Under the pieces are notes generated by a model, which saw nothing but the letters and a program-made list of their open reading frames with translations, had not been told where the DNA came from and searched no databases. From Tubulanus polymorphus (taxonomy: Eukaryota > Animalia > Nemertea): a stretch of 64,000 bases of DNA. This document shows, one piece after another, positions 28,272 to 41,684 of this stretch. Position numbers and translations under genes: made by a program. The stretch covers positions 4,426,231 to 4,490,230 of the forward strand of contig NC_134033.1 in NCBI RefSeq assembly GCF_964204645.1. Direction: 5' to 3'. Every line of letters begins with the position of its first letter. Position 1 is the first letter of the stretch.

Positions 28272-29534
28272 TATGGCGGCTGATTCGGGCCATGTAAACA
28301 TTCTTTCCGTCCTCCACGAAAACAAATATTACCGCGCAAAAACAAACTTTTAACGCGCAAAAACAAAATAATCCGTTTTTGCGCGGACGTCAAGTAGCGC
28401 AAAAAAACATATATTCAAATAATTTACGCGCGCTACGTGGTGTCACGCTGTCGCCATCTATTAGATTAAGCAGTAACTAAAGAAATAATTAATCTATGCA
28501 GTTGTATTGATTGATTTAAAAGGAAAAAGGAAAACTAACTTTACTTAAATTAACGACCCCTTGATGAATACAAATATACATATATCGCTTGTTATGGTCT
28601 TCGATTGATCACAATACAATGAAGTTATATTGAGCTTGAAAATACCGATAGTTGAATTTGATTGACCGGCAACCAGTCTACCACTTATATATTGATAACG
28701 TATGCACATCAGCCCACACAAAACCATATTAATAACGCGTGGTTGTTATTAATGTATAGTAACATATCATAACGGTTTTTACGGTGTCACAAAACCTTTT
28801 AAAATATGAAGAAAAATATCGGCGTAATTTTCTGCTGGTTTTTTACCGTACATATATAGATTTATCTTCATTTCTGAGAGATTCATTTTCTGAGAGACAT
28901 CTAGCAGAAAATTGCATTTGAATCTGGAGCACTTGGTACGAACGTGTTAGATAGAAATACCGTACACGTTATACTTTCACATAGAAAAAACAATTACTAT
29001 ATTAGACCATGCATCCAGATTTGTAGATACAGATTTATTAAAAATAAATGCTATTGATGTTGTTTGTTTGTTTGCTTTACGTCATTTAGGTCTCTATTTG
29101 TCCCATGACTAACCGTATTGAATATTTTGTAATGTTTCAGCAGATGGGTATAATAGTCGGGTTAGATTGAACAAGCTATTTTCAGCATGTTCTACCAGTT
29201 CCATTTTATATTCAAATCTTATGTTAATGAGGGGTGGGACTAGGCAGATCTATCAAGTTATCACATACTTACTGTTTCATCTAATAGCAGCAGGCGTAAT
29301 ATCATAGCAGCAAGCGTAATATTTTTTAATTTCACGACCGCAAAAAACAAACTTTCGTTTTTGCGCCCGCGCAAAAACAAACTTTTAGCGCGCAAAAACC
29401 GATTATTTCGTTTTTGCGCGTTAAAAGTTTGTTTTTGCGCGGTAATATTTGTTTTTGTGCGGTCATATTTGATATTTGCGCGTTTTCGTGGAGGACGGAA
29501 AAAAATGTTTACATGGCCCGAATCAGCCGCCATA
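28272..29534. mobile_element. Non-autonomous IS3EU-like DNA transposon
   Basis: Termini TATGGCGGCTGATTCGGGCC...GGCCCGAATCAGCCGCCATA, imperfect TIRs over 100 bp with CGCGCAAAAAC subrepeats, and an exact 6-bp TSD CATATC (28266-28271, 29535-29540). TAY..RTA ends with a 6-bp TSD fit IS3EU. Confidence 0.8.
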
Positions 29535-30344
29535 CATATCTACCACTCCCTTTAAGTAATTTATATCACGTTCTCAAAATACTTTGCCCCTCAACAAACA
29601 ATTGGTGGTGGCACCCCATCCGCAATCACATTCGCAATCAACTTCGGCATCCAGTTTTATAGTATAATACATGGATTCACCCCGTAATACATAGGAATAT
29701 AGCATCCACGCATGTTATGTTGCATTATATATTATATGCATCATTTGACATTATCATAATACATTTAAATAGGTTACAAATGTAACATGATTCGAGATTA
29801 GCACTGACTGTGGAATTAAGTCATATATTTCACAGGGATCACGTTTCATATGTGTTTGCTCATTTATATTACATACGACTAATTTACGCGAAGATTAAGC
29901 TATCAGAGACACGTGTAGCATCGAACACACCCCTTCTCATCCACGCCGACTGTGAATCGTTCGCGATCATGACTGAAGTTCTAAACAAATTTGCTGGAGT
30001 GTGGGTGAGTACTTTTTGAACGTTTGCCGATAAATTGTGATAACGTGTGATGATGGAACGGGTTGCTCTGAACAGACGATGGGGTTTATTATAATTGAAT
30101 TCAAATCGCCTATGAATCAAGCCGGGTGTAATAGATTACCACAATCAATCGTGAATTTTATGAGTTGGTTTATGAAGCCGATACACTGCGTTTGTATATG
30201 GACAATCATTGTATAACTGTTTGTGTTAGCTGCGCAGATCAGGGGATCTAGGTATGTTAAATTAATTTAGAGCACAATTTGGCGTATATAATTTAGCGTC
30301 TCTTATCGTCCAACATCCAGCAGCAGTCCGAACGATCCATCCAC

Positions 30345-30597
30345 AGTTTTGTGGGATTGATTTGACTCTCAATCCGGTTCTACAAGTACAATGTGTGGGT
30401 TTGATGTGACTCTGGATCCATAGTTGTGCGGCTTTACATTGATTCTGAACCCAGTGCTGTGGGTGGAATTTGACTCTCGATCTAAATCGACATTTGCGGA
30501 TTGGTCTTATATGACTCTAAACTCAGTTCCCCAATTGTGTGGCTGTGTTGACTCGGAACCCAGTTGCACGGTTGAGTGTGTTTACTTTGACTGTGGA
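30345..30597. repeat. Degenerate minisatellite (about 33-37 bp unit, TGTG...TTGACTC...CCAGTT)
   Basis: Recurring tgtgg...ttgactct...ccagt motif, roughly 7 copies. Confidence 0.55.
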
Positions 30598-30823
30598 CCA
30601 TAACATAAAATTCCTGGTATGCAAATTAGGGCACCAGAACGCCAGAATGCAAAAACGAAAAATGTCCGTTTTTTTCATAAAAGAAAATTCGACGTTTTTC
30701 ATTGTTATGGCGGGCTCGCCAAAACGGACTTTCATAGAAAAATTGACGTTTTTTTCGTTTTGGGGTACAGGCGCCCTCGTTTGTAACCAGGAATGTTACG
30801 TTTTGGCCCGAATCAGCCACATA
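30598..30823. mobile_element. Short IS3EU-like MITE with its left terminus lost
   Basis: Right end GGCCCGAATCAGCCACATA nearly matches the 28272-29534 terminus. The element is internally palindromic (ccataacataaaattcctgg / ccaggaatgttacgttttgg). Confidence 0.65.
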
Positions 30824-30859
30824 GTAAACGTTTAAAACGTATATGCTTTTCTATTTCAG

Positions 30860-32281
30860 ATGATGCAAAATGGACGTAATTCGGCTGAGGACCTAAAACT
30901 GCCGCTTGTGACGCCATCTGGTGATGAAACCGCGAACGGAAGCCGCGTAACGCGTTTCCTATCTTCGACGGCTCTAGTCAAAGTCATCGCTTTCAACTCC
31001 GTATTTCTAGGCGCGTTAGTGACTTCGGTAGTCATCCCGATTCTACCGGCGCTACTCGTCGACTTCGAAAAACAAGCGGCTCTGGCAAGCGGTGTCAACT
31101 CGACGACCGGAAGAGTGGCCGAATTTGAATACAACGGCCAATACCATCCGTGCGCGCATCGAAACGGAAAAACCGTCGAAAAAATAAGCTTTATATTTCT
31201 AGCGAAACCTTTCAGCGAAATGCTGACTAATCTAATCACCGGAAGAGTCGTCGATTCGTTCGGGTTTCGAATCCCATTATTACTCGGTTCGGCGTTGAGC
31301 ATCGCGTCCGTAATCGGGTTCACGTATGTCGACACGATCTTGCTGATGACCTTGATGCGGATAATAGAGGGCGTCGGCACCAGTTTGAGCGTCGTATCGT
31401 CGCTGGCTTTGGTCACGAGCGTTTTTAAAATGGACGACGAACGAACGAAAGCGATCAGTATCGGTTACATGGGTTGGTCAGCAGGTGTCGCTCTAGGTTA
31501 CCCGTTCGGTGCAGTGACGTACTATTTCTTCGGGCGCGACGTGCCGTTTTTGATGCTAGGGGCGCTGTCGATTATAGACGGTATTTTACGATTGGTCGTT
31601 CGCCCGCCTGTCAAGAAACCGGTGGCAGCCTCGACCAAATCTGCGATGGAATCGAAACAGAATCTGACGGAATTAATACGAAATTCGCACGTGATTCTGA
31701 TAGTGATTCTATGCTTCGCGATGTACACGATATGTGGCGCGTATTTGACCCTTGCGCCCGATTGGATGCTGCATGATTTGTGCGCAACCATGTGGCAGGT
31801 TGGCGTAATACTATTGATCGGCGCAGTTTTTCAAACGGCCATGAAATATTTCGTCGGTTGGTACGGAATTCGGGTCGGCCGTTGGGTGTGCGCCGTCGCG
31901 GGGTACCTCATACTCGTCGTAGGTCTATCAACCTATACGCTCCCGCCATATATATGGGCCCTGCTGGGTCCTGATCTCGCGATACGGATCGGCTACGCGG
32001 CCAATGCGTGTTCGCTGACGTCACTACTGGCTCTGGTTTGCGAACGTAATTTCCCAAGCCAACAAGGCTCGGCGTTCGGTATTTATAACGCTTTTACGAA
32101 TCTAGGTTTCGTCGTAGGGCCACTGATTAATATAGGCCTTTTACAGGTGGTAACTACGACTTGGTGTCTGAGGATGTTCGCCGGTATGTCACTGCTGTCG
32201 GCTTGTTTGGCCGTATTTCTCAAATTCGCGGAGGACGGCAACAATGATTCGGACGTCGAAGAATTAGTGGAGCCTGAATGA
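30860..32281 (+). CDS. MFS transporter, SLC18 (VMAT/VAChT)-like, single coding exon (473 aa)
   Basis: About 12 TM segments; TSVVIPILP (TM1), FLAKP (TM2), GRVVDSFGFRIP (MFS motif A), DDERTKAISI, GFVVGP. An acceptor TTCTATTTCAG lies directly before the ATG, implying an upstream 5' exon. Confidence 0.9.
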   Translation: MMQNGRNSAEDLKLPLVTPSGDETANGSRVTRFLSSTALVKVIAFNSVFLGALVTSVVIPILPALLVDFEKQAALASGVNSTTGRVAEFEYNGQYHPCAHRNGKTVEKISFIFLAKPFSEMLTNLITGRVVDSFGFRIPLLLGSALSIASVIGFTYVDTILLMTLMRIIEGVGTSLSVVSSLALVTSVFKMDDERTKAISIGYMGWSAGVALGYPFGAVTYYFFGRDVPFLMLGALSIIDGILRLVVRPPVKKPVAASTKSAMESKQNLTELIRNSHVILIVILCFAMYTICGAYLTLAPDWMLHDLCATMWQVGVILLIGAVFQTAMKYFVGWYGIRVGRWVCAVAGYLILVVGLSTYTLPPYIWALLGPDLAIRIGYAANACSLTSLLALVCERNFPSQQGSAFGIYNAFTNLGFVVGPLINIGLLQVVTTTWCLRMFAGMSLLSACLAVFLKFAEDGNNDSDVEELVEPE

Positions 32282-34574
32282 GGACCCGGTCTGTTTACTC
32301 TCTAAGTCAGAACACCAGTGCCTTAAACGTAGGTAGGGACTACACTCGGTTATGTAGTTTTGGGTCCCGGCTTAGCATTCTTCTATTTTCACTCAGGACC
32401 TAGTTGCGCAGTCTTGAAAAGTCCAAAAGTAGTTTTGAATATTAAGACTGGACATATGATTTACCTATAGAATTTCAATTATAGTTAAAGGCAGTTGTTA
32501 GATTGGCTATTGAAGTGAGATCGTCATAAAGCATTTTTAAATCTAAGTCAGAACTGTGCAACAGACCCCAGGAATCGAATTGTCAAATCGAAAAAAGTGG
32601 GAAACTGGGGCCCAGGATTTAACTCACGAATTTGTTCTCACAATTGTGGAACTGGGCACACAACTGTAGCGCCGGGTCGATCTTGTTCAGGAAACAATCT
32701 CACGACATTCACGCATTTCCTTTCGGTGCTAAATACCTCGACTCACTTTCAAAACTTCAAGCAGGCTAATTTCTAAAACTATAAAATTTCATTCTGTTTC
32801 TTACTAAATATGCGGCTGAAATAGAATAATACGAACTGCGAATTGTAATGAACAATGATGTTCTTTATATAACAAATAATCTCCAAGTTTTTGCTACGTA
32901 TGTTTTTCAAATAAGAACAAAATGATTTCTGAAGCAAAAAATACATTAAATTAGGGCAAGGTCAGATGTTACCGTAGATATGTACTTCCAATGTCCAAAA
33001 GGACTGGTCCAACTAAATTGTCAGCGACCCTTTTTCTGTTACGACTAGAGACGATCGACGAATGTGGCGAAAGGATTAATACATCGTTTCTCCTAATCGG
33101 CCGGGTCATTTTGTAAACTGCAACCAAATTTGTCATCATTTCTAACTGTCGGGTCCGTTATTTTTTAGCTGAAAAATTATTCAAAAGGTAATGTAGGCCT
33201 ACCGGGTAATTAGGCAGCCGACCGGGTCATGCTTAGCAGAAATCTGCAATCATCCGCCACTCCTGATATTCCCCTCGCGACGGAGACTTCCATCGGAGAC
33301 TTCCGGGTTCACACGTGTCTAGACAAATATACTTGAAAATAATTTTCGAAATCCGAGTCTCAAAATCATTGAAGAATCATACGATATATGAGTAAGATAT
33401 TTCTATAAGACACGAAGAAAAAAGTTTCCGCCGGTTGTTAGACTCTAAACAAACAGTTTCATAAATAAAACGATTGCTTTTCATTGGAATAAATACAAGT
33501 AAAAAGTCCCTTTTGCAATGAAATAAATGGTTGAGTTATACGTCGGGAACGCCCCCTAGCGGGATTGCTGGTGACAAGGAATCGTTACGCGCTCAACATT
33601 TTATAACACGAGAAATGTAAAATATTTGATGACGTCACTTGTTATAGAAATCTTTAAAACCGATAGAATATAAAAGGAACTGGTTTATTTATTGTAGACC
33701 TGATTTTTTTTTTTTAATTTTCAACTCTACCCCCAGTCTCCACTAGTTACATGTATCATTCCACGCACGTGCGGGTAATTACTGTCAAACATCACGTGAT
33801 CTAACAGATAACACCTGTTCACTGACCGCAACTACATTATTGACGATAAATATGAAAATATGCATTTTCAAATTTTGGACTGTTTTCGGAAAATGATACG
33901 GCGCAATTTTCAAATCTCGATCTTGTACGAGCTTAAAACCATAGATAGAGAAACAACAAGATTTGAATATGTGGTTTAAAGTTATCGGCATCTGTGACAG
34001 TCCGTTAGAACATTTTTTTTCGATGATCCACTTTGATTCTGTTTTGATAAAAGCGTTATCTTGATTTTCGTGTTTATTCAAAAAGATCCCACCGCACAAT
34101 CAGATATCCATGCGCTTCACTTAGCTTCAACTCAGTTATTATATTGACTGAAGAGTGAATTGTCGAAACAGATATTGACGAAGTGTTTTACAGAGACGCA
34201 GAATATTTTGCAGTAACAGCAGAAAATATTACTGGATATTATTAAAACCTGAACGCTGTTCGGGAGCGACAGTAAATATATTTTTAGCAAAATAATTGCA
34301 CATGATTATAAACAAGATATATTGAAACACGTCTAAATTTAGAAACTGCGGTAATTACAGCGAAACCGAGAACATGAGAAAGTTTCACAAATACGAGACT
34401 GGCGCCAGTTTGATGGGAGATCTTAAAAAAAAAATAATTAGACTCTGATCCATTCGTCAACATTTCATATTAGCAAATTCGTCATTACATTGCAGCTACT
34501 CTTTAAAGAAATGTCGTGAAAACTTTGGAAATAGTTAGAAATGTGTTTGTTTTGAAGCGTGAATTGTGTTCAAT

Positions 34575-37500
34575 ATGCAGCGAATGAAAGCGTTGTTCGT
34601 AGTTTTACTGATCGCTTGCGGAGACTGTATATTTACGCGGGCTGATCGCACAAACTCTGTCGAGGAAGCCGCGTCTGTTACAGTCAGTTCATCTTGTAAC
34701 AACACTCAATACTCCGTCGATTCTACGTCTGGTTACATCATTTCACCGAACTATCCGTCGTTAGTGCGCGGTGTTGAATGTCGTTGGTTCGTCAACAGCT
34801 CTTTACCGGGAAGTTTTCTCGTTCAAGTTTACTACGACATCGAGCCGTCGATATTCTGTAACGAAAACTATCTTCTCGTCGGTGAGTCCGACAACAAACT
34901 CTGCGCTACCGGAAGAAAACAACTAGATATCCGCAGTAACGGGTTGATTTCGTTGTTGTTTAGGAGTAACGTCGATGGAGCGCGAGGTAGTCGGGTTTAT
35001 ATCATATATCGTTTTGAAGAACAGAGTCGCTTGAAAATTGTACACACATGCTACAAACATGCAGTAAAAGAATTACCAACTCAAACAGGGTATGAATTCA
35101 TGATTTCTATCCGTCGATGTAAATTGTTGTTAGAATGGATCGGGATGCCAGACGGGTTTGCAATGAATTTAACGTTTATACATATTGATTTCAAATTAAG
35201 ACCAGGTGAGGATCCAATGAAAACTCGTCCTCAAATTTACGACAGATGGAACAGCACCAGTGATCCTATAGCTCTTATACGAGAACAAACCGGACATCCA
35301 CCTTCATCGTTTTATACTAAAACTAATAAAGCACGTATTGAGATCATTTCAAGTAGATCTCGGTTTAATTCGCAGTTACTCGTGCAAGTTTACAAAGTAT
35401 CAGATTGGAACATCTCTAACCCGTTAATTCAAGTCTATGATAAATCAGCACTGCTCACTACAATTGATGGAATACCACATATAGTAACTCAGTCTAAACA
35501 CTTATACTGCTGGTCTATCACAGTTGATGTTCTGCAGTACGTCGTCTTCAACTGGACACGTGATCTCGTCTCGTCACCAGGTGTCGTTGGTGTATATAAA
35601 CAGGAAGGGTTACGTATTGTGAGAACTGATATTTTACTCAGTTTGAACCATCTTAAAACTCTGAGTGTAAAATCAGACGGATTTCTCGCGATTCTGTGCG
35701 TTTTAATGACATCGGATTTTTTAAGATCGAACTTGAAAATAGAATTTGAAGAGAAATCTTTGACAATATCAGATATTATCGTCAACAAGCCAAGGATATG
35801 GGTACGTTCATTACAACCAGTTGTACTAATGCTTTGTATGATATAATTCTATGATTTTGAATATCATAATGTTGAATTTGACCAGTGAAATCTGAGATAA
35901 CTACGTTATGTGCTCCAACTTTTTCACATAATCCATGAGATAACCGGCAGATGAATACCATAGTAACAATTAACTCTTAATTGTCACTCTGTCAACTATC
36001 CACTTTCAGGGGCCGGTTTCACAAAGCGTAATAAACCCTTAATTATGATTGAATTACTAATCATGATTAAATTATCATGATTTAATCAAGTTAGGTGTTT
36101 CACAAAACGTAATTAACTTTAATTATAATTAAGTTAACTACAAAATTTAATCATCATTAGTTTATTATCAAAAACAAAAAGCTGCAGATATTATTCATGG
36201 AATTTGGTGTTTATTAATTGACGACGGCAATCCCTACACTTATTCAGTTTTTCAGATTGTTTGGCTCAAATAATTAGGATTTTTTGCCTTTTGTAAAAAA
36301 GGCATGTCAATACTCTAAATTCTATTGATTGTTTTCAAACGTCCTATGTCTTTTTGTCAGCACGACCACCACATACTTAGAAGTATTGAATTAATTGATT
36401 TTTTCCATACATATGATAGATTTCTGTCAGTAGAGTACATATCTATGGAGTTAGTGTTAAAAAGTGCTAATCACTGCTCGGAAATAAAAACCCCATTTAC
36501 GTACGAGGATTTTATTTTGCTGACTGGAGGTGAGTTTCTATTTAAAAACTTTTGAGACATCTTGCTAAGTTTTTCCACTGGTTCCTGAGACCTTTCAGAG
36601 CAATCTTTAACTCCCAAAGGAGTGAATTTCTCTTTTCCTCTAAACAAGGAAGGTTGTTGATGCTTGGAGAGCAAATGGCTGTCTAAAGTTCCGCCATTTT
36701 GATACAGTTAAATTGTAATTAAGTTGCCTAATTGTGTAATTAGTTAATTTTGTAATTAAACCCTTTCGTGAAACCGAATTTTAATCGTTATTAACTAATC
36801 ATGATTAAGGAAATTTAATCATGATTTAGGTCCTAATTATAATTGAAGTTAATTATGCTTTGTGAAACCGGCCCCTGGCATTTAGCCTTAGAAATACATG
36901 TTACTGCAGACTAATTATAATAATTAATCGGAGAATTGCAACACCTCAACTATTATCGATATTTTTTTCCATTTTAGGTAAGTTTAAAATTCTCGTTTTG
37001 TAAAAATGCAATGTTGTAATCGATTTTCTAATATTTCAGAATTATGTGAGGATAAAATCAATACCAGCTAATCTATTGTTCCCGAGATCAAAGAATACAT
37101 TTTATCGTGTAACTACATTACAACTAAACTGGAAAGTGAACATCTATGAAGACGGGTTGAAACTAACAGCGCTATCAGAAAACTGTGATCGAGCTGGTTT
37201 TTATATATTTGATGGTAGTAATTTCACAGCTAGACGCTATGGTCCGTATTGTCCTGGTACATTCTACGGTCGATCTGTCGTCAGCCTGATTACATCAGGT
37301 GGACCGGTTACTGTAGTAGCATACGCTTATTACTATAACAATCAGTTAACAGTTGGTAGCTCATCTCTTGAATTTGCTCCTATTGATTGTGACGGTTATG
37401 TTCTAGAGGAAGAACAACGTCAGATCAATATGACGTCACACTGTCTCGTGATTACACCTGAAAATCGACGCCTTCGCTTGAAAAATATTCACATATTATC

Positions 37501-40500
37501 AGAACACGAATATCAAATTGAGCGATGTTTTCTCAAGATGCCATTGTCATGTGATCAGTTTCTGAGTTTGAGGAATCAGTTTCTTAATAACAGTCTCGTA
37601 TTAAACACTGTCGATTTCGCAAGTGATGGGTTTGGATTCATGAGGTATGCACAATCGATTCAACTGCGTCGTAAATGTCTGGGAGTCAAAAAAGCTGCAA
37701 GTTTAAACGCTATCCCTAACCTTGAGATAGCTAAAGATAAATGTGGACTGGTGCAATCACCGCACTACCCGGGTACGGCAGGACGTATCGTAGCATCTAT
37801 ATCATATAAATTTGAAAACTCGATACAACTAAATACATTTCATTATTACTATTTTATTATCAAATTTATTGGATCAGTTTCATGCGGAACGAACAATGGA
37901 AGAGCAAATGATCCAATAATATCGAGGCAGTTTATACATGACGATTCATTCCGAGATGGAAAACTTTCTATTCCAACCCAACATGAAACTAAAATATGTG
38001 AAAATAACGCGGTTCGTGGACTTATATTTTATAGTTTAACAGATAATACTCTGCATTTTGAAGTAAATAATAAAATCCCAACCTTTCAAATACAATACAC
38101 TTTACACGAGTCGTTACCGATTAAACATTTCGATGATTTCTACTGTAAACAAGGATTTCTGGACTCCGGAATTTCTTGCATCAAATTCATCAGAGATGAA
38201 CGTCTGAATTGGGAGAACGCTGAAATATACTGTAGACAGAAGTACGCGGGACATTTACTCAGTATCAACTCAGAACAGGAAATGATTTCAATCAAAAGAT
38301 TATTCGCTACAGAACTTCTCCGAATGGCGTACTCATTAAAAGCGCTCATAATGATGATTGGATTAAAATGGCAGGTAAGACTAATGTTTACAAATATGAA
38401 TTAAAATAGTACGATTTTTAAAGAAGAAATAGTTATTTTCTTTTTTCACAAAACAGAATGATGGTTATTACGCGTGGACTGATGGTAAACCATTGAGCTA
38501 CACAGAGTGGTATAAACCTGTTATTAATGAAACGATCCCGGAAGTTATTCGAGGATTGATATCTCCGCTAAGAAAACAACCGATAGATGACGTCAATATG
38601 CCGTGTACAGCGATGATACTGAATAATCCTCGAGGATCAGCGAACTGGGTTCGATTCCCGTGTCAAATCGAGGAGACGCACACGACATTCATTTGTGAAA
38701 CAGAAAGAATCGATCTTAATGCATCTTCACAAAACGATACAACTGAAATAAAGTGGAAAAACATTGAACGATTTAACTCCACGTGTCTAAGAGGATGGAT
38801 TCGTATAGAAGCGCATTGCTATCAAATACTTACAGCCTGGCAAACGCTCCAATCTGAAAGTTTAACAATCGAAACAGCCAGAGAAATGTGTCTTACAATC
38901 GGCGGAGACATAGGTATAATAACATCTAATATTGAAATACAGTATTTGATAAATGTTTTCCACTTTCAGCATCAATATGGCGCTATACTGACTAATCATA
39001 CAAGCGGCAGAATTGTGGCAATACAACCAGTTGTAATTAGAGATTGGATAACATATTTTCAAACAGTGAAATGGTCAGTGACTGCCTTTGATAATGTGAC
39101 AGATGAAGCGCATTCCGTTCTATGTTCCTATGATGTAACTGGTGAGTTGGTTTCTGTAAGCGGTTGTCAATCGTGGCAGTTTGAATGTAACGATCAAAGA
39201 TGTATCAGCGACCATCGCGTATGTGATACCACACACGACTGTCAACACGGTGAAGATGAACTCGATTGTACGGATATCAATTTACACAGTCAGTTCCTCT
39301 GTAACGATGGACAGGTTATATCGATTAGCGGTTTCTGTGACTTTATGAGAGATTGCGTCGATGGCTCGGATGAGAACTCGTGCCATCATCCACCGTGCAT
39401 ATCTACGCAATATCGCTGTTCCAATCACCAATGTATCGATAGTTATAAACGATGTGACGGACTAGCAAACTGTAAAGACGGTTCCGATGAGATCGGATGC
39501 ACTGCCGAACTTTGTCAGGGGTTCTCGTGCGCGGACGGTGAATGTATTAGTTCTCAGTTGTATCGGGATGGTATCGTGGATTGTAGCGGAAGTCTCGAAG
39601 AAGACGAATTGGTCACTAATATGACAGTGAATCCCGAGGTTTACTGTAATAATGACAATCACTGTACGAGTCGTTTCACAGATCTGTGTAAGGAATCGGA
39701 TGAACAAAGATGTTCGTTCAATTCTCCGCGCTGTTATTCCCGACAAGAAAGGTGTATTTTAGAAAGGATGCCGATTGGTTTCCCGGTATGTAGAAATCTT
39801 GAACATATACTCGCGTGTAATGACTTCAAATGCGCGGCTGGTACTGTAAAATGTCCGGCATCTTACTGTATACCGATCAGACACGTTTGTGACGGTCGAT
39901 CCGATTGTCCTAATTCAGAAGATGAACGAAACTGCGAGACTTGGTCGTGTCCGGGAATGTTTAAATGTGGCCAGGAAAATCGATGTATTCCGCAATTTGA
40001 AGTTTGCGACGGTGTCGTAAATTGTAAACATAACTCGGATGACGAGTCATACTGTAAGGTCACGTGTCCTGAACGTTGTAATTGCCGGGGTCATTTCATC
40101 GATTGTGAAAACGCTCTTTTATCAGATATTACTGGATATATCATTGAATCAACCCGGGTTTTTATTTTGTCGAATAACCGAATCGTATTTAACGAGTCGA
40201 CGTTCAACTCTTTCATTTATCTTCGTTTTCTCGATATTTCGGGCAATAATTTGTCTTACATCGTTCCCAACGCGTTTTCTAATCTAAACAATCTATACAC
40301 ATTAGACCTTGCTCACAACCGCATAACTTCATTATCTGCTAATACATTCGCAGGTTTGATCGGTTTAAAAGAACTATTTCTTTTCGGCAATCCGCTGCAA
40401 CACTTAAAAGTCGGTAGTTTCCGAGGTCTGACATCACTTCCTGCCCTCGATCTTCACGGACTTTCTATATCGGTTCTCGGTGAAAACGTATTTAAAGGTT

Positions 40501-41684
40501 TATCCGCATTACAGTCGTTAAATATCAGCAGTAACAAAATTCATCACATTTCGAGCTTTGCTTTTTCTGGATTAGTTGGACTTGAAATTCTTGACCTCGT
40601 CAACAATTTTGGAGTAATATTCGTAGAAAGAAACGTTCTTGGCGATCTTACATCATTGAAATACCTCGCTTCGGATGCTTCCAAATTTTGCTGCATGGCA
40701 CCGAATGTTGACCGATGTCTTCCCGAAGCTGATCAATTTTCAACCTGCTCTGACCTGATGGGTAACACTGTACTGAGGGCAATCATCTGGATGATCGCAT
40801 CTTTCAGTTTTCTCGCCAACAGTATCGTTATTTTATTTCGATTTCAAGCTTTGCGGATGGAATTCTATGGAACACGTAACAAGTCTTCAGATATCCTCAT
40901 CATAAATATTGCCGGTTGTGATTTTCTGATGTCGGTCTATTTGTATTTGATCGCAGGAGCTGACCACGCGTTTCAAGGCGTTTATTATCTGAATTCTGAA
41001 ACCTGGACGGATAGCTCACTATGCCGTCTCGCCGGGGTTATTGTCACCGTTTCGTGCGAAGGTTCCTTGACTTTTCTCTTAATTCTAACACGTCAGAGAT
41101 ATTCAAATATCGTCAACCCGTTTTCTAGAAGTCCGATTATAACTCCGAAATACGTTATCGGTATTTGCTGCATTTGTTGGCTCGTTATAAGCACAGTTTC
41201 TATTCTACCACTGTCATCGTCGTCTTACTTCGGAGACAATTTTTACGGTACAACCGGAGTTTGTTTGCCTATGAATTTACTGACGATCGACGTCAATGGC
41301 TGGCACTATTCTTTCACTATTTTTGCCTTGTTTAATACGGCCATATTGGCTACGATAATGATGACGTACGCTCAGATGTATAGACTAGTATCTGGAAGTA
41401 GGTCGGGCTCGGGAAGAGCCGATCCTACCGAACTGGTTTTAGCTCGAAGGAGTTTAGTAATCAATCTTTGTAATCTATTCTGCTGGCTACCGATAATAAT
41501 CGTTCAGTTTTGCGCCGTATTTTCGGTCGAGATACCGAACCAGGTGGCTGCTTGGCTGACCGTTCTATTTTTACCGATCAACTCGTCTCTGAATCCGCTT
41601 CTTTATACAATACTAACTATCGATATGAAATCTATTCGTGAACGCAATAAACGACGACTAGGATTGACGACATCCGGTAAATAA
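34575..41684 (+). CDS. GRL101-like LGR-family GPCR, copy B, complete; exons 34575..35801, 37040..38374, 38457..41684 (1929 aa)
   Basis: Signal peptide MQRMKALFVVLLIACG. Two phase-0 GT-AG introns (35802..37039, 38375..38456) join three ORFs in frame. Domains: CUB (GYIISPNYPS...CRW), further CUB-like segments (DGSNFTARRYGPYCPG), C-type lectin, lectin-like module, LDLa repeats, LRR, 7TM. Confidence 0.93.
36007..36877. mobile_element. PIF/Harbinger-like non-autonomous element in intron 1 of GRL101 copy B
   Basis: TIR CAGGGGCCGGTTTCACAAAGC / GCTTTGTGAAACCGGCCCCTG with AT-rich subterminal palindromes. It is absent from the equivalent 296-bp intron of copy C. Confidence 0.8.

Noticed and set aside
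29261-29662. Short ORFs over 29261-29662 and 30523-30835
   Set aside because: They lie in transposon TIRs and palindromes and show no protein features.
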